Below, in pieces: positions 34,094-48,894 of a stretch of 64,000 nt of DNA. The notes under the pieces are model-generated. The model worked only from the letters and a program-made list of their open reading frames with translations, did not search any database and had not been told where the DNA came from. Both the position numbers and the translations under genes were made by a program. The DNA comes from the human T2T-CHM13v2.0 reference genome, Homo sapiens: the NCBI RefSeq assembly GCF_009914755.1, contig NC_060947.1. One strand, 5' to 3'. Position 1 is the first letter of the stretch; each line of letters begins with the position of its first letter.

Positions 34094-34497
34094 TGGTATG
34101 GACTGAATTGTGCCCCATCCCAAATTCATATGTTGAAACCCTAACCCCCAATGTGATTTTATTTGGAGATAAGGCCTTAAAGGATGTTATTAAGGTTAAA
34201 TGTAGGGCCCTAATCCAATAGGATGGATGTCCTTTAAAGAAGAGGAAGAGATGCCAGATCTCTCTCTCTTCTCTTCTCTCTCTCTCTCTCTCTTTCTCAT
34301 TATAGAGAGAATGCTATGTGAGTACACAGTGGGCAGATGGCCATCTACAAGCCAGGAAAAGAGGCCTCACCTAGAACCAAATTTTTGACACCTTGATCTT
34401 GAACTTACAGCATCCAGAATGGTGAAAGAATAAATGTCTTGTTTGAGCCACTTATCCTGTGGTATTTTCTTATGGCAGCTTGAGCTTACCAATATCA
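34094..34497 (+). mobile_element. MLT1A-type MaLR LTR with internal (CT)n
   Basis: tggtatgggactgaattgtgcccc...ccatctacaagccagg...gtggtattttcttatggcagc. Confidence 0.8.
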
Positions 34498-34847
34498 TAT
34501 CTAACATCCTTTGATACAATTTCACTTGTTTATAGTTATTATCATTTTATGATTAATTAATTTTCATTGAAAATAATAAAATTTTTAAAAATTTATAATT
34601 TGTGTAGTATAAAACTAAAACCGACACAGAATATCAACATCTTCTGCCGTACATTGTAACTAAAAAGTAGACCATCAGAAGAATATAAAGCTATTGTAAC
34701 TCTTATTTTTAAATTCCACTAAGTTTTTAAATAAATAGTTAATTCACCAAAATAAATACACTTAGAAAAAGCAACTCACATCCCCTTATATGTAAATTTA
34801 GTTCCACTTGTGATTTTCACTTTTATCCTTAAAAATTTTATATCCTG

Positions 34848-35170
<323 letters not shown>

Positions 35171-35466
35171 AAGTGTTATATCCTTCTCACTTATGCATGA
35201 CCATTATAGTATCTTATTTAATGGAATTGCATCTAAGAATGAAAATATTTCAAAGAAACAATCCAAGAAGTAATCCTGGAAGGGTGCACTGAACTGGGTT
35301 GAAGGAACATGGCTTTTGAATCATGCAGATATAGGCTTATATTCCAACTCTTCTGTACTCCTGTGACCTTCCTTGCACAAGTTACTTCACCCGTTTTAGC
35401 TCTAAGTTCAATATGTAAAATTAAGGGTGATAATTCCATAACTAACTTGGTTGTTAGAAGAATTAC

Positions 35467-35602
35467 ATCAGGGAAATAACTAACGGATGCTAGGCTTAAT
35501 ATTGGAGTGGCAGAATAATCTCTACAACAAACCCCCGTGATACAAGTTTGCCTATATAACAAACCTGCATATGTACTATTGAACTTAAAATTTAAATAAA
35601 AA
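35467..35602 (+). mobile_element. Short L1PA (PA13-16-like) 3' end inserted in a MIR (~35290-35650)
   Basis: aacaaacccccgtgatacaagtttgcctatataacaaacctgcatatgtac; TSD aagaatta. Confidence 0.75.
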
Positions 35603-38380
35603 AAGAATTAGAAATAATATAACGTGAATCACGTGACATATAGTAGATTGTTATTGTTATTGTTGTTAAATGAAATGAATTATGGCCTAAGGCTTTCACC
35701 TGCTTAGATATTTCCTGAAACTATTCCAATATAGTAACCACTAGTGACATACTGAAACTGATTCTTGTGATATCACTATCACTGAAATGGAATATTTATT
35801 TTAAAAATCCATTGTATGAGTAATAAATGTCTTGTTGACATAAAAATGTCAGAAAGCCAGTATTTATCAATTATAGCCTCACATTTATTAGACTGAATGG
35901 AAACTTTATTTAAATTTTAATAAGTTTATAACAGAAAGCACATAGCTTTTAATTTTACCACTTCCTACTTTTGGTCCTCAATAATTGATTCAATAAGGTA
36001 AGTGCTCTAATTCAATAAGTCCAAAACCTGAATGCATTTTTTTCAGAAAGTTAGTTTTACTCTGAAAATATAATAAATATTAACTGTGAGCAAAAGAAGG
36101 AGGCTTACATACTTAAGTCAATCCTGATTGTATGCATATAATGGAAATCAAACAACTTTGTGACAGCATCATTAAACCTATGGAACTTGCAATCGTTGTG
36201 TTATTCTTGTAGAATTCTTTTTGGCACAGCTCCCAGTAGTGTTGACATTAACATGGGTCATTTGTGTTATGACATTTTATGATGTGAGGATGCAGGTATG
36301 GAAGAATAATTTTGACATTAAAGCCACGCCATTCAGATTTATTTGCTCTTTATCTGCAAATACATGCCTATCAGGATATGTTGACTGTGATAAAATGACT
36401 TAACATTTAGAAAGTGACAGTATGGTTAATAAAATTGGGTCATTAATTCAAGATATGTGCATATGTTTCATCATGGAAATATATGTATTCAAATACAAAA
36501 TAATCATAAATGTTATCAGCTTCCCCATTTAAATTTGATAATACAATAGGTAAGAACTTTTATACACGTGAAATATCTACTCTGCATAAATGAGCAACTT
36601 ATGTTTAGGGATTAAGCTAGGATTTTTTAAGAAACAAATTTTTTGAAGATTAAGTTTAGCATTTAATAACTAATTGCACCTAATTATGTTTTGATCCACC
36701 CAATGCGAACTTGGAAAAAATATTCAAATAAAAAAACTACTATGTAAAAGTTTAATGAAATCAATTAGGAAAGTCAACTCTTTATAAAACTACTGACAAG
36801 ACGTAAAATCTACTGATAAGACATAAAGGTAAATATTGTCTTGTGCACTGATGAAGTTAGGCCTTGAGGTAGATTCAAAATGAAAAGCATAAAACAAGTC
36901 TTCATAACAGTCTCAGCCTTTAAAATGAAAAAAATGCATTTTTCTTGTCCTCAATTTTACCTAGGGTTTACTCTCTGGTGGACACTTTGGAATACTCAAA
37001 TAAATAACATGTAGGCTCCCTCCTCAAGAAGCTCCCATTTTAATGGTTCCCTGATATTTTCCTCCAGTTCTCAGTAACGTTTGATATAAGTGACCACTTA
37101 CACACTGAAATTCTGTCTTGGCTTTGGGCACAAGAAAATATTCCAGTTTCTTCATATGCCTCTGAGTTGTATGTTTTGTTTTACTCTAGAGGATTTCAAC
37201 TTAATGGAGACATCATCTCATTGCATTTCTACATAGGCTGTCGGTTGGCTAATCTTGCTGAGGAGTGGTGTTACGTAAAATTAGATCTTATTTAAATCTA
37301 TACCAATTTGACTGTAATGAAGATTCACAGAAGTAATGTGCATGAGGACAGGAATTGTGTGAAAATCAAAAAGACAGTTTTATGTTTCATTTCCCAACAA
37401 AGGAACTTTATGTAGGCAGTATGATTTCTTCTACTAGCTTAGACTGACCCAGGGCCATGTCAAACTTAACTCTAGAACAGGGGACACTGCCTCCACCCAA
37501 GAAGAGTTTCCTTCCTCACTTCTATTTTCTCAGTCATCTGCACCATCTTCAAGGTTTGAGTTTTCAGAATCATCTTAAGCCTCCATTTTCCTTTTTCTTT
37601 TTCCAACTTCTCTGTAATCACAAGACTGCAAATTCTGAGGGTATTTCCAGAATTGAGAACTAGATGTAGGATTCTTTCCTATTAAATGTTTATTGGTGAG
37701 TGGTGTTCTAGGTTCACTAACTGAGTTAGACCTGAATATCTGAATCTCCGTTAGGAAATATTTGCCACAAAATACTAGATTTCTACACAGTGGCTCTGAT
37801 GGTGATGGATATTCATATTAAGAGTTTGGCTAAAATTATTTCAATGAATTTGACAATGAAAAAAGTATATATAAAAACATAAATGTGGTAAATTATATGC
37901 ATATAAATATGTACATACATAGGCTTTAAAATGTATTAAATGATATAAATAAATATTTACTGCTTCAAATATGCTACCACAAGAATATATAATCAGAGTC
38001 TGCAATTTTTGGATATTCTCTTTAGAATAAATAGATAATGAATTACCTTACACAAGCTTTCTATATTTAGGTATTTGTGGTTATAGGTACTCAATAAACA
38101 TTGGATGACTAGTGATCTCTCTGTTAGATGTTTTATTGTATTCAAACATTTCCAGATGTTTTATTCAATTTTATAATATTATAACAGGAATAAAATGATT
38201 ACTGCATTGACTACAAATCCAATTCATAAAACTCTTTGTGTTTTGTTACCATGTAGGGATTGATGTAGCTGATTATAGGTCTAAGTAAGTTCTTTCTCAT
38301 TTATCAAGTTCTCTAAAGAAAACATCGTAGGCACATTTTAGAATTAAGGGAGGTTTTAAAAGTTAACTATATAACTTTTA

Positions 38381-41300
38381 TTTTTTTTTTTTACTTTTTA
38401 TTTTAAATTTTGGGGGTACATAGTATGTGCATGAGATATTTTGATACAGGCATGCAATGCATAATAATCTCATCATGGAAGATAGGGTATTAATCCCTTT
38501 ATCCTTTGTGTTACAAATAATCTATGTATACTATCATTATTTTAAAATGAAAAATTAAATTATTATTGACTAGAGTCACTCTGTTGTGTTATCCAATACT
38601 ACACTTTATTCATTAATTATAATAATTTTTCATATCCATTAATTATCCCCACTTCCCCCTCACTGCCTGACTACCCTTCCCAGACTCTGGTAACTATCCT
38701 TCTCTTCTCTATCTCCATGTCTTCAATTGTTTTGATTTTTAGATCCCACAAATAATTGAGAACATCTGACTTTGGTCTTTCTGTGCTTGGCTTATTTCAC
38801 TTAATATAATTACCTCCAGGTTAATACATGTTCTTGCAAATGACTGAATCTTTTTCTTTTTGATGGCTGAATAGTACTCCATTGTGTAGTTGTATGACAT
38901 TGTCTTTATCTATTCATCTGTTGATGGACCTACGGTGGCTTCCAAATCTTGGCTATTGTGAACAAACCTGCACAAATGTGGGAATGAAGATTATCTCTTC
39001 AAAATATTGATTTCGTTTCTTTTGGCTATATACCCAGCAAGGGGATTGCTGGATTTTGAGGTAGCTCTGTGTTTAGTTTTCTGAAGAAACTCCAAACTTT
39101 TCTCTGGAATGGTTGTACTAATTTACATTACCACCACAGTGTACAAAGGCTCCCTTTTCTCTATATTCTCAGCAGCATTTGTTACTGCCTGTCTTTTGGA
39201 TAAATGTCATTTTAACTGGGATGAGATGATATCTCTTTATACTTTTGATTTGCATTTATCTGTTGATCAATGATGTTAAGTACATTTTCATGTGGCCATT
39301 TGCCATTTGTATGTTTTCTTTTGATAAATGCCTTTTCAAATATTTTGCCCATTTAAAAAATGAAATGAGAAATAGAAAACTACAAAAATGAAAAAACAAA
39401 ACAAAAAATGGTGTGAGTTGATTGAAGGTAAAAAAAGAAACAAAATAAATATAAAAATTTTAAAAAGAAACAAATATTATGCCCATTTTAAAATTGGATT
39501 TTTAGATATTTTTCTACAGAGTTGTTTGAGCGCCTTATATATTCTGGTTATCAACCCTTGACAGATGGGTAGTATGCAAATATTTTGTCCTATTATAGGA
39601 TTTGTCTATTTTCTTTGTTGATTGTTTCCTTTGCTGTGCAGAAGCCATGTATTCATTTATGCTTTAATTGCCTGTTCTTGTGGGATATTACTCAAGAAAT
39701 CTTTGCCCAGACCTGTATCGTTCAGAGTTTCTTTGAAGTTTTCTTGTAGTAGTTTCATAGTTTGAGGATATAGCTTTAAGCCTTTATTATATTTTGATTT
39801 TATTTTTGTATATGGTGGGAGACAGATGTCTAGTTTCATTCTTCTGCATATGGATATGCAGTTTTCCCAGTACCATTTGTTGACAATACTGTCTTTTCCC
39901 CAGTGTGTGTTCCTGGCACCTTTGTTGAAAATGAGTTCATTGTAGGCCTGTACATTTGATTTTGGTTTCTGTATTCTGTTCCATTGGTCGATGTGTATGT
40001 TTTTAGACCAGTAACACACTGTTTTGGTTACTATGGCTCTGTAGTATAATTTGAAATCAGGTAAAGTGATTCCTCCAGTTTTGTTCTTTTTGCTTAAGAT
40101 AGCTTTGGCTATTCTGGGTCTTTTGTGGTTCCATATAAATGTAAGGATTTTGTTTCTCTTTCTGTATGGAATATTATTTGTATTTTGACAGAAATTGCAT
40201 TGAATCTATAAATTGCTTTGGGTAGCATAGACATCTTAATAATAATGATAATTCCAATTCATGAACATGGAATAGCTCTCCATTTTTTGGTGTCCTCTTC
40301 AACATATTTCATCAGTGATTTATGGTTTTCTTTATAGAGATATTTTACTTCTTTGGTTAAGTTAATTCCTTGGTACTTAATTTTATTTGTGGCTATTGTA
40401 AATGGGACTCCTGTTTTAAAATGTCTTGTTTCAGTTTTTTCACTGTTGGCATATAGAAATGCTATTGAATTTTGTATGTTGATTTTGTACTCTGCAACTT
40501 TACTGAATTTGTTTATTATTTCTAATAGGTTTTTTTGTGGAGTCTTTAGGTTTTTCTAAATATGAGATCATATCATTTGCAAACAAGGATAATTTGACTT
40601 TTTTATTCTAATTTGTATGCTCCTTATTTTTTATCTTGTGTGATTGCTCTAGCTGGGACTTCCTGTACTGTGTTCAATGACAGTGATGAAAGTGGGCATC
40701 CTTGTTGTGTTGCAGATTTTACAGGAAAGGCTTTTAGTTTTTCCCCATTCAGTATGATACTAGCTGTGGGTCTGTCATATATGGATTTTATTCTTTTGAG
40801 GTATATTCCTTCCATATCCAGTTTTTTGAGAGTATTTTATCTTAAAGTGATGTTAAATTTTATCAAATACTTTTTCACTATTGGTTGAAATTATCATATG
40901 ATTTTTGTCCTTTATTCTGTTGATGATGTGTTCTACTTGATTGATTGTATGACATACATTGCATACATTAAACCATTCTTGACTCAACAGGGATAAATCT
41001 CACCTGGTCATGATTAATGATCTTTTTACTGTATTGCTGAATTTGGTTTGCTAATATTTTGTTAAGGATTTCTGCATCAATATTCATCAGGGATATTGGA
41101 CTGTAGCATTCCTTTTTTATATTTCTTTGCTTTCAGCATTAGGGTAATAGTGTCCTCATATAATGATTTTGGAAGAATTCCCTCCTCCTCTATTTTATAA
41201 AATAGTTTGAGTAGGGTTGGTATTAGTTCTTCTTTAAATATTTAAATATTCAGCAGTAACGCCATTTGGTCCTGGGCTTTTCTTTATTGGGTGACTCTTT

Positions 41301-44300
41301 CTTATGGTTGTGGTCTTGTTATTTGTTATTGGTCTGTTCAGGTTTTGGGTTTCTTCCTGTTACAGTCTTGGTCAGCTGTATGTGTCTAGGACTTTGTCCA
41401 TTTCTTCTAGATTTTCCAATTTATAGGTCATCGTAGCTACTTGTGATCATTTGAATTTCTGCAGTATCAGTTGTAATGCCTTCTTTATCACCTCTGATTT
41501 TATTTATTGTATCTTCTTTCTTTTTATCTTAGTCTGGCTAAAGGTTTGTCAACTTTGTTTATCTTGTCAAAAAAGCAACCTTTGTTTTATTGATTTATTT
41601 ATTTCAGTTTCATGTATTTCTGCTCTGATGTTGATAATTTCTTTTCTTCTATTACTTTGGGATTTCGCTTGCTCTTGCTTTTCTCTTTCCTTAAGATGGA
41701 ATGTAAGGTTGTTGGTGTGAAGATTTTCTTCTTTTTGAAGTATGTACTTACAGCTATAAACTTCCCTCTTAGTACTGCTTTTGGTATATTTGATAGGTTT
41801 TGATAAGTTGTGTTTCCAATATCATTTATCTCAAGAATTTTTTCAATTTCCTTAATTTATTCATTGAACCACTGGTCACTCAGGAGCACATTTTTAAGTT
41901 TTCACATATTTGTATAGTTTCCAAATACCTCTTGTTATTTCTTGTTTTATTCCATTGTAGTCAGAAGATGCTTGATATAATTGAATGTTTATATATAATT
42001 GAATGTTTTAAGACTTGTTTTGTGACCTAACATGTGGTCTGTCCTTCAGAATGATCCATGTGCTGAGGAAAACAGTAGGTATTCCATAGCCATTAGATGA
42101 AAACTTTTGGAAATATCTATTAGATCCATTAGGTCTATAGTGCAGATGAAGTCTGATGTTTTTTTCATTTTCTGTCTGGAATATCTGTCAAATGCTGAAA
42201 GTGGGGTTGAACTCTCCAGCTATTATTATCTATTGGCCTATCTTGCTCTTTATTTCTAATATTTGCTTTATATATCTGGGTGTTACAGTGTTTAGTGCAA
42301 ATATATTTACAATTGTTATATCCTCTTGCTTAATTGACCCTTTTATCATTATATAATGACCTTCTTTGTTTCTTCTTATAGTTTTTGTATTGAAATCTAC
42401 TTTTTTTTGATACAAGTATAGCTACTCCTGCTTTTTTTTTATTTCCATTAGCATGGGGTATCTTTTTCCATCCGTGTATGTTCAGTCTATGTGCATCTTT
42501 ATAGGTGAAGTGTGTTTCTTGCGGCAACAGATCATGGGATCTTTGTTCATCCATTCAACCACTCTATATATTTTGATTTAATACTTTAGTCCATTTACAT
42601 TCAATGCTATTATTGATAAGTAAGGATTTACTTCTGCCTTTTTAAAATTTCTTTTCTCATTGTCTCCTCTTTCTTCTTTCTTTTCTTCCTGTTTAATGAG
42701 ATGATTTTCTCTGGTAATGTGATTTTGCTTCTTGCTTTTTATTTTTTGTGTATCTGTCATATGTTTTGTGGTTTGTGGTTACCATGAGGCTTGCAAATAG
42801 TATCTTATAACCCATTATTTTAAGCTGATAACAACTTAACACAGTTTGCATAAACAAGCAAACAAAAAAGAAACAAGCGAAAAGAAAACTAATAAAGACT
42901 CTACACCTTAACTTCAGCCCCTCGCTTTTTAACTTTTGTTGTTTCTATTTATATCATATTGTACTCTATGGCTTTGTAGTTATTATTTTTGATTGATTGA
43001 TTACTTAGTCTTTCTATTTAAGATAAGAGTAGTTTACACACCACAGTTACAGTGTTGTAATAATCTGTGGGTTTTTTTGTGTACTTACTATTGCCTTTGA
43101 GTTTTGTACCTTCAGATAATTACTTATGGTTTATTATTGTCCTTTTCCTTCTGTTTGAAGTATTCCTGTTGGCATGTCTTGTGTTGATGAAATCTCTCAA
43201 CTACTGTTAGGGGTCTAGTAAAGTCTTTGTTACTTTTTCATATTTGAAGGATAATTTTACTAGATATTCTATTTTAGTGTAAAAGTGTTTTTTGTTTTGT
43301 TTTTTTTCTTCAGCACTTTAAATATGTCATACCACTCTCTCCTGGCCTGTAATGTTTCCACTAAAAAGTCTACTGTCAGACATATCAGAGGTTCATTATA
43401 TGTTATTTATTTCTTTTCTCTTGCTGCCTTTAGGATCATTTCTTAAAATTTTTGATATTTGGGAGACTGGTTATTTAATGTGTTGAGGTAGCCTGCTTTG
43501 GGAGTTTTATTATTAAATGGCTTGAGGTAGTCTTCTGTGGGTTAACTCTGCTTGGTGTTCTAACATTCATTCGGATATTGGATATTTGGATATTGATTTG
43601 GGATATTGATATATTTCTCTAGGTTTGGGAAGTTCTCTGCTATTATCTTTTGAATAAACTCTTTTCCCCGGCTCTTTCTCTACCTCCTCTGTAAGGCCAG
43701 TAACTCTTAGGTTTGCCCTTTTGGGGCCATCCTCTAGATCATGTAGGTGTGCCTCATTGTTTTTATTCTTTCTTTTTTTGTGTCCTCTATCTATTTTTAA
43801 ATAGCCTGTCTTCAAGCTCACTTTTTCTTCTGCTTAATCAATTCTGCTATTAAAAGACTGATGCATTCTTTAGTATGCCAATTACATTTTTCAACTCCAG
43901 AATTCCTACTTGATTTTTTTAAATTATTTTAATCTGTTTGTTAAACTTATCTGATAGAATTCTGAATTCCTTCTCCACGTTATGTTGAATTTCTTTGAGT
44001 TTCCTCAACATACCTATTTTGAATTCTCTCTCTGAAAGGTCATGTATCTCTATTTTTCCAGGAATGGTCCTTGGTGCCTTATTTATTTGGTGAGCTCATG
44101 TTTTCCTGTATCATCTTGATTCTTGGAAATATGTATCTGTATTTGGGCATTGAAGAGTTACAATTAGCTGGTGGCAAAGCCAGCCAAGCCTATATCTTTC
44201 CTTTAAGGCTTAGAGTTCCCCCAGACCCCAGGTGGGTCCAGAGGTGCTGTTCAGAGCAACGGACTAGAGTTAAAAAAAACTAGAATTCCACCTGGTGTTA

Positions 44301-44412
44301 TATTGTACTGTGGCTGAGCTGGCACTCAAACCATAGGACACTTTCTTTTCACTCTTCCCTCCCCTTTCCAAAGGCAGAGAAGCTTCACCCAGTGGCCACT
44401 GCCACCTCTGGC
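38381..44412 (-). mobile_element. ~6-kb L1MA (MA2/3-like): 3'UTR, ORF2, ORF1 and part of the 5' region
   Basis: Decayed ORF2/ORF1 peptides on -; 17-bp TSD taa(c/t)tatataactttta at 38364-38380 and 44413-44429. Confidence 0.88.
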
Positions 44413-44555
44413 TAATTATATAACTTTTAAATTTGAAAAATAAAATCTAGCATATATACAAATGTGACTTGAAATATTTAATTGATGGTCAATGCAAATC
44501 ATATATAGAACATGTATATTATATTATAATTTGAGTTTTTCTTTTTTAATTTTAG

Positions 44556-44637
44556 TGCTCAAGGAGGATGTATTTCACATGTCCTGCCAGAATTTTTGCT
44601 TGAACCAGAAGATTATAAGAGGTGGATTGAAATTATG
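44556..44637 (+). CDS. CFAP47: Internal coding exon E (82 nt, phase 2->0): NAQGGCISHVLPEFLLEPEDYKRWIEIM
   Basis: ttttttaattttag|T ... ATG|gtaaga; too short for the ORF track but bridges the phases of exons D and F exactly. Confidence 0.9.
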
Positions 44638-45513
44638 GTAAGAAAATATAATTTCTTGGAACAAACCACACAGTTATTATTGTATGTACTGGTATTTGGC
44701 CTATGTTAGAATATTCTACTTCAGACTGTTGAGTTTTATATGCAAAATATTATTAGGATCATAATTTTTGGATAACCCATATGTTTTTGTACATTTGTCT
44801 AAAAATCTCTATGGAGTTCCTATGCAAAAAATGATTACATGGCTTTCTTAAATATATAAATAATTCCTACTTTGGAGAATTTATAAATGAAGAATAAGGT
44901 GGGGTTATGTAAATTTTATTCTTAAACTTTTAGAATACATATTTTCCAAAGAAAATACTGGTTTTATTTCACCACCATGTGCCACTTTTCTTCTTCGTTT
45001 TCAGGGGAAAATAGAAATGTAGCAAGAAATATATAGTTTTGTCATAATATATAGTTTACTTTGTGGTAACCTACTGAGAGGGGAGTGGTCTTTGAGGAGT
45101 CTGCAGGCTTTGAGGCAACTATGGTTGTAGGACTCTCACTATGCTTGCCATGTGACATGAGTAGAGAACCAGGTGCCTGCCTGTTCTTTGGCACTATGCT
45201 GAGGTCCTGTTGCCTTATCCAAAGGGTGTGATTCTTTCTTGGCTCAGCAATCAGAAGAACTTCGTATCGTGTTCGGCCACTTATTCTGCAGAGTGATCTA
45301 GTAGGTGCGTTGAATGAATAAATGTATGATCTAAATAAGAGACTGTGTGCTCCATAAAGTTACCTGTGGTGATATCTTCTATTATTGGCACATTGCAAAT
45401 TAGAGCTCTTGATTAAAGTATAGAAAAGGCATCCACATGTTTTGAAAAAAAAAACTCATATGCTAAATTTGCCTTAAATTTTAATTAATGTTGTACTATT
45501 TTATTTCTTAAAG

Positions 45514-45642
45514 TCTTCCACTAATACGATGCCTGTGAGTTCCTGTACACCTAAGAAAAAATGTTCTATTGTTATAGAAATGTCTAAATTTGAAGCCTGG
45601 AGTAAACGGGCATGGACAGATGTATTTCTACAGATATACAAG
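45514..45642 (+). CDS. CFAP47: Internal coding exon F (129 nt, phase 0->0): SSTNTMPVSSCTPKKKCSIVIEMSKFEAWSKRAWTDVFLQIYK
   Basis: ttttatttcttaaag|TCT ... AAG|gtaaca; overlaps ORF 45529-45711. Confidence 0.9.
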
Positions 45643-45699
45643 GTAACATTTCCATTATTGTTCGCTGCTTCTCTGTTGATTAATATGAATCATATGTTA

Positions 45700-46100
45700 A
45701 TTAAAGTATAGACAATGCTGCTATGAAAGATTCAAAAACACAGTGCCTTAAATGAGAGATTTTTTTTTATTGCTTTCTCATGGAACTGCTGAGATGTGAG
45801 AGGGTCAAAGCTTCTGGAGTATCTCTTTCCTCCTCAGTACTAGGCTTTCATGTATGGGTCTGATTTCTCTGAAGAAGGAAGAGCAGGTAAAGGAGTACTG
45901 GAGGCAAGGAGTTACCTTTTAAGGATGTGACCTGTGAAATATGTCTTTTTCATTTCAGATTTCATTAGGCAGAATTCAGTCATACAGTCATATCTAACTG
46001 CAAAAAAAGTTGAGAAATACAGTCTCTAGAATGAGTAGCTACAGGAATATTCTAGTACTAAAAGGGAGAATTAAAGAATGAGTACTGGTGAAAATTATTG
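45700..46100 (-). mobile_element. Old MaLR LTR (MLT1J/K-like)
   Basis: cacagtgccttaaatgagaga... and cagaattcagtcatacagtcatatctaactgcaa...tgagaaatacagtct. Confidence 0.55.
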
Positions 46101-48894
46101 TCTCCACATCTAATACACGGTAGTCTCTTGCTATAAAACTATATTCACTAAGATTCATACAACTATAGGCAAAAGGTTTTTATGAGATTCTCGAACTTAC
46201 TTCCTGCCAAATTGCATTTGTGGGTAGATTAACATAGCGTAAATTATACCTCTATACTCTGTACCCTTATTGCATAAGCAAGTCCTGGTTTCAGTGCTTG
46301 AATAATTCCTTAGGTTTTCAAATATAGCACTATAGATCTTGTCCACTAGGACCAATGGAGGCTTTTGTTCTGTCTTCACACCTTGCAACCCCAGACGGGT
46401 GAGCTGTAGGACTGAGAGTTAGAACAAGGGAGGAATTGAATAGAATCAGGAATTAGTGACTCAAAGGAAAGGGCAAAATTAAGAGCTGAATAGTGAGTAG
46501 TATGTGTAAGACTCTGTCAGTAAATTTTTTAATATTAAATCCTCACAACTGAAATCATCAATTTAGCAATGAAGAAACTGAGTGTCACAGGCGCACATTC
46601 TTTCTTTCAAGATCACATGAATTTGACCATATGCAACAATTTGATGCAGGTAGTGCTTATTTCTTCCATGTTGTTCTCTGCTGGGGCCCAGGAGTCCAGG
46701 GCCCTCATGTTGCCCCCTGGCAGTCTGAAGTCTCCTTTGGAGTCAGCCACCCAGATCACCCTCTGGAGAGTTCCTTCTTCTGCATGATTCCTGACTTGCT
46801 CCTCCTGTGCTTCTCTTTTTCACCATCAACCTGAACTATCTTTCTTGCTGAATGTAAGAAGAGTATTCTTGTGCAAAAATTCATTTCATTGGTGACTGGT
46901 TGTTAATGCTGGAAATATGATCCTTTGCACTGTTAGTCATATAGGGCCTACTCTGCTTCACCAGAAGCATGGTCTTGGGTTTGGTTTGATAATCCAAACT
47001 GTGAAATACAGTAGATTTTACACAGCAACATGTTAACTTAGTTTTAAGGAAGTACAAAAGATAGTTATAACACAGAATGCACACCAACAGCGAAGCCAAG
47101 AGCTGTGACTCAAAGCATAGCTTCCAGTGTCCCACTGACTTCACACTCACGTCAGAAATGGTTACAAGAAGTGGAATATGGTGGGCAAGGACCATTTCAA
47201 TACAGGAAAGCCTTCAAGTCTGAGAAATCTTTTCAGTTTTCTAGTCATGCAGCACCCTCAGAGTAATGAGCAATTTCTCATTACTCAATACAAAACACTG
47301 ACAATGAGGTATGAGCGCTTGATCTGGTACACTATCCTCATCTGGATTCTCAAGTAACTTGGATGTCCTATAAATGTATTGCTATACATTTCTTTAGTTA
47401 AGGGGGTTTAAAGAGACTCCAAATAAGTGTTAAACCATCAGGCGTCTCTAAATCTAAAGGAAAGATCATACATAAACTGACAATTGATTCTTTTCTTTGG
47501 GTCAACATAAGCCTAGTCAAGATGATTCTTCAGAACAAATCCAAATATCTCATTAGTCTCAAAAATACAGAGATTTTTATGGACAAGTAAAAATGAACAT
47601 TATGTTTTCTAAGCCAGTGGGTTAAAAGAACACATAATTTAAAAAGTTGTCATTAATAAACAATAAGCCAAATATAATAGCAAAGTTCATGTGAACCTGA
47701 AAGTGCATATGATAGGGGTGGGATAGCGCTCAATATATGTAAATGTATACTATTAGTAGTAGTTTTGTCATTGTTGTTCTGAAGTCTTTTAAATGTCCCA
47801 TAGTGACATAGTGGGATAGCCCAGGACTATGTTCTATTTTGTGGCCAATGTATTGACTTTAAAGGGTGCTATTACATTTCTTGAATCAAATCTTTAACAA
47901 AAATGAAAGATAATTCGAAACAATGTTTTCTGAGGGCATGAAAGAATTTCCTGAGTATGGATCACAAAATTTGATTTACCCAAATTTCATCTTAGCTGGC
48001 ACGGCTCACAGCACATTCTTGCCTCTGTAATTCTTACTCCATTCCTTCAACTCATGCTTGGTGTGGTTTGCATGTTAATGGATAAATAGTAACACTTATT
48101 GCCCCAGGTGTATTTGGATTTGCAAGTGATGGAGTCTTGGACTTTGCGTACATTTTAATTCTTCGTTTTATTTTTCTAGCAATTTATTTTCAGAGTATTT
48201 TACAAAACTATCATTCTGTGGTAAAGAGAAAATTAATAAGTTTTTTTTTACCACCGATAATTTCAGAAACACTGCTGTAGAATTAAGCACTCAGTGTAAT
48301 GGCTCTTCCAATACTAAAGGTTACAACCATGCTCCATATGGGTCCATCATTAAATCAGTATTCTTAGTCAAGGGTCACTTGCAGATCTTGTCTTATTTGC
48401 AGAGTAGAAGTGACAGATGACAGATGAATCCTGAGCCAGTTCAGGTCATTAGTCCCAAACATATATCTCATCAGCTGTACTCAAGTAATTTATCATTTGG
48501 TATTTCCCAGAAATAAACAGAAATTGATGGGGGTCCTTTTCAAAGGCTTTAAATTGCATTTTTATAATACGTGAGATTTGAAATGTAGGACTTCTAGACC
48601 ACAAAACTGCCAGAATGAAAGAAGGCAGTTCCATTAAACATCTATACAAAATGCTAAAATGGTGCAATTCACATATGCTAGATAAATAGCTAACATTCAG
48701 AAATGGATTTTTTTAATCAAATTTTGAAGTACTTCTTATAGTGGTAAACAAAAGAACAGTTTTGGATGCTCATAGGTATTTTAACAATCTGTATACTGTA
48801 GTTATTTGAAACACTGTATGGCATAAATATGCATTACTTAGAAAAAGAGCACTTTTTCAGTTACTATTCACATGTACTTGACTGTAAGAGTACT

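Noticed and set aside
41975-43615. Small tandem duplications inside the L1MA (atataattgaatgttt x2; ~40-bp unit near 43470-43540; ggatatt repeats)
   Set aside because: Ordinary post-insertion slippage in neutral sequence; the same applies to 8069-8110 and 36785-36827.
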